A stretch of DNA of 26,940 nucleotides from Candidatus Fermentibacteraceae bacterium (GTDB taxonomy: Bacteria > Fermentibacterota > Fermentibacteria > Fermentibacterales > JCC-6): NCBI GenBank assembly GCA_041750285.1, contig JBGSZS010000015.1, forward strand, positions 1 to 26,940. Direction: 5' to 3'. Positions 26,510 through 26,940 of this stretch are shown here, in pieces; the stretch's first letter is position 1; each line of letters begins with the position of its first letter. The notes under the pieces were generated by a model that saw only the letters and a program-made list of their open reading frames with translations, had not been told where the DNA came from and searched no databases. Position numbers and translations under genes: made by a program.

Positions 26510-26800
26510 GATGCCGTTAATCCTTTCGACCACGTGAGGGTTATGCGTGAACGGGCCCTGTGTCCCGATCCTTCCCGCTTCAGCGGGAGAGGTCGGAACC
26601 TCGAAGAATCGATGCGAGCAGGCTTCCTGTAACCTTTCCGAAGAGGGTACCGGCTTCGTCTGAATGAAAACGTGTTCCCATGTTGGAAACATGTTTCCCC
26701 TTTTGGCAAAGGCAAGGCTCGCAGAAGAGTTTTCCGGCACAGGGAACTCATACGGTCCAATCGTTTCCGGTTTCCACTGGAGGGATGCGATTGTTCCGGC

Positions 26801-26940
26801 TGAGCTGGCCCCCCTATGTAGACAGGGGTGATAGTTAGATTCAGGCATGGCTTCTTGAAGGAGGGGACATGCCGAAGCGGGTACACAGTGCGTCATTCAA
26901 GGCGAAGGTGGCAATAGAAGCCATCAAGGGAGAGAAGACC
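26801..26940 (+). mobile_element. Left end of an IS3-family insertion sequence, truncated by window edge
   Basis: Begins TGAGCTGGCCCCCCTATGTAGACA (5'-TG, IS3-type terminal IR pattern), followed by an RBS and an OrfA-like frame. Confidence 0.78.
26869..26940 (+). CDS. IS3-family transposase OrfA N-terminus (partial)
   Basis: GAAGGAGG RBS. Manual translation MPKRVHSASFKAKVAIEAIKGEKT matches the HTH_Tnp_1-type FKAKVA.EA..GEKT pattern. Absent from the ORF track. Confidence 0.85.
   Translation, partial: MPKRVHSASFKAKVAIEAIKGEKT

Noticed and set aside
1361..26896. Long N-terminal extensions in the ORF track (starts 1361, 4366, 8041, 9004, 15363, 17139, 18996, 19754, 19853, 23354, 26896)
   Set aside because: They overlap neighbouring genes or non-coding DNA and have no family features. 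Downstream starts fit RBS positions, stop/start overlaps or the family N-terminus.
1..26940. Taxonomic assignment
   Set aside because: Gene content suggests an anaerobic bacterium, possibly from a little-studied lineage, but the window has no marker gene to support a call.

Overview
GC-rich bacterial DNA from an apparent anaerobe, almost entirely a ~24.5 kb hydrogen-metabolism island. (i) + strand: partial mglB and mglA (roadblock protein + small GTPase), then a tightly coupled operon V4R protein - MvhG-like - MvhA-like (group 3c-like [NiFe]-hydrogenase) - ferredoxin/V4R fusion - maturation protease, then an orphan membrane histidine kinase. No mvhD, hdrABC or hoxFU partner is present, so this may be an H2/redox-sensing module (inference). 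(ii) - strand, convergent: a 17-gene group 4 energy-converting [NiFe]-hydrogenase operon with a full Mrp/Mnh module and two antiporter-like subunits, headed by an AsrA/AsrB (sulfhydrogenase beta/gamma)-like NAD(P)H module and an HycB-like Fe-S protein, ending in hycI, followed by hypC. (iii) hypA-hypB (-) divergent from hypF-hypD-hypE (+), completing the Hyp set. After the island come a lipoprotein gene, tag (3-methyladenine glycosylase I) and the left end of an IS3-family element cut by the window edge. Many ORF-track starts were corrected using start/stop overlaps and RBS position. All calls come from motif recognition by eye; no searches were run.
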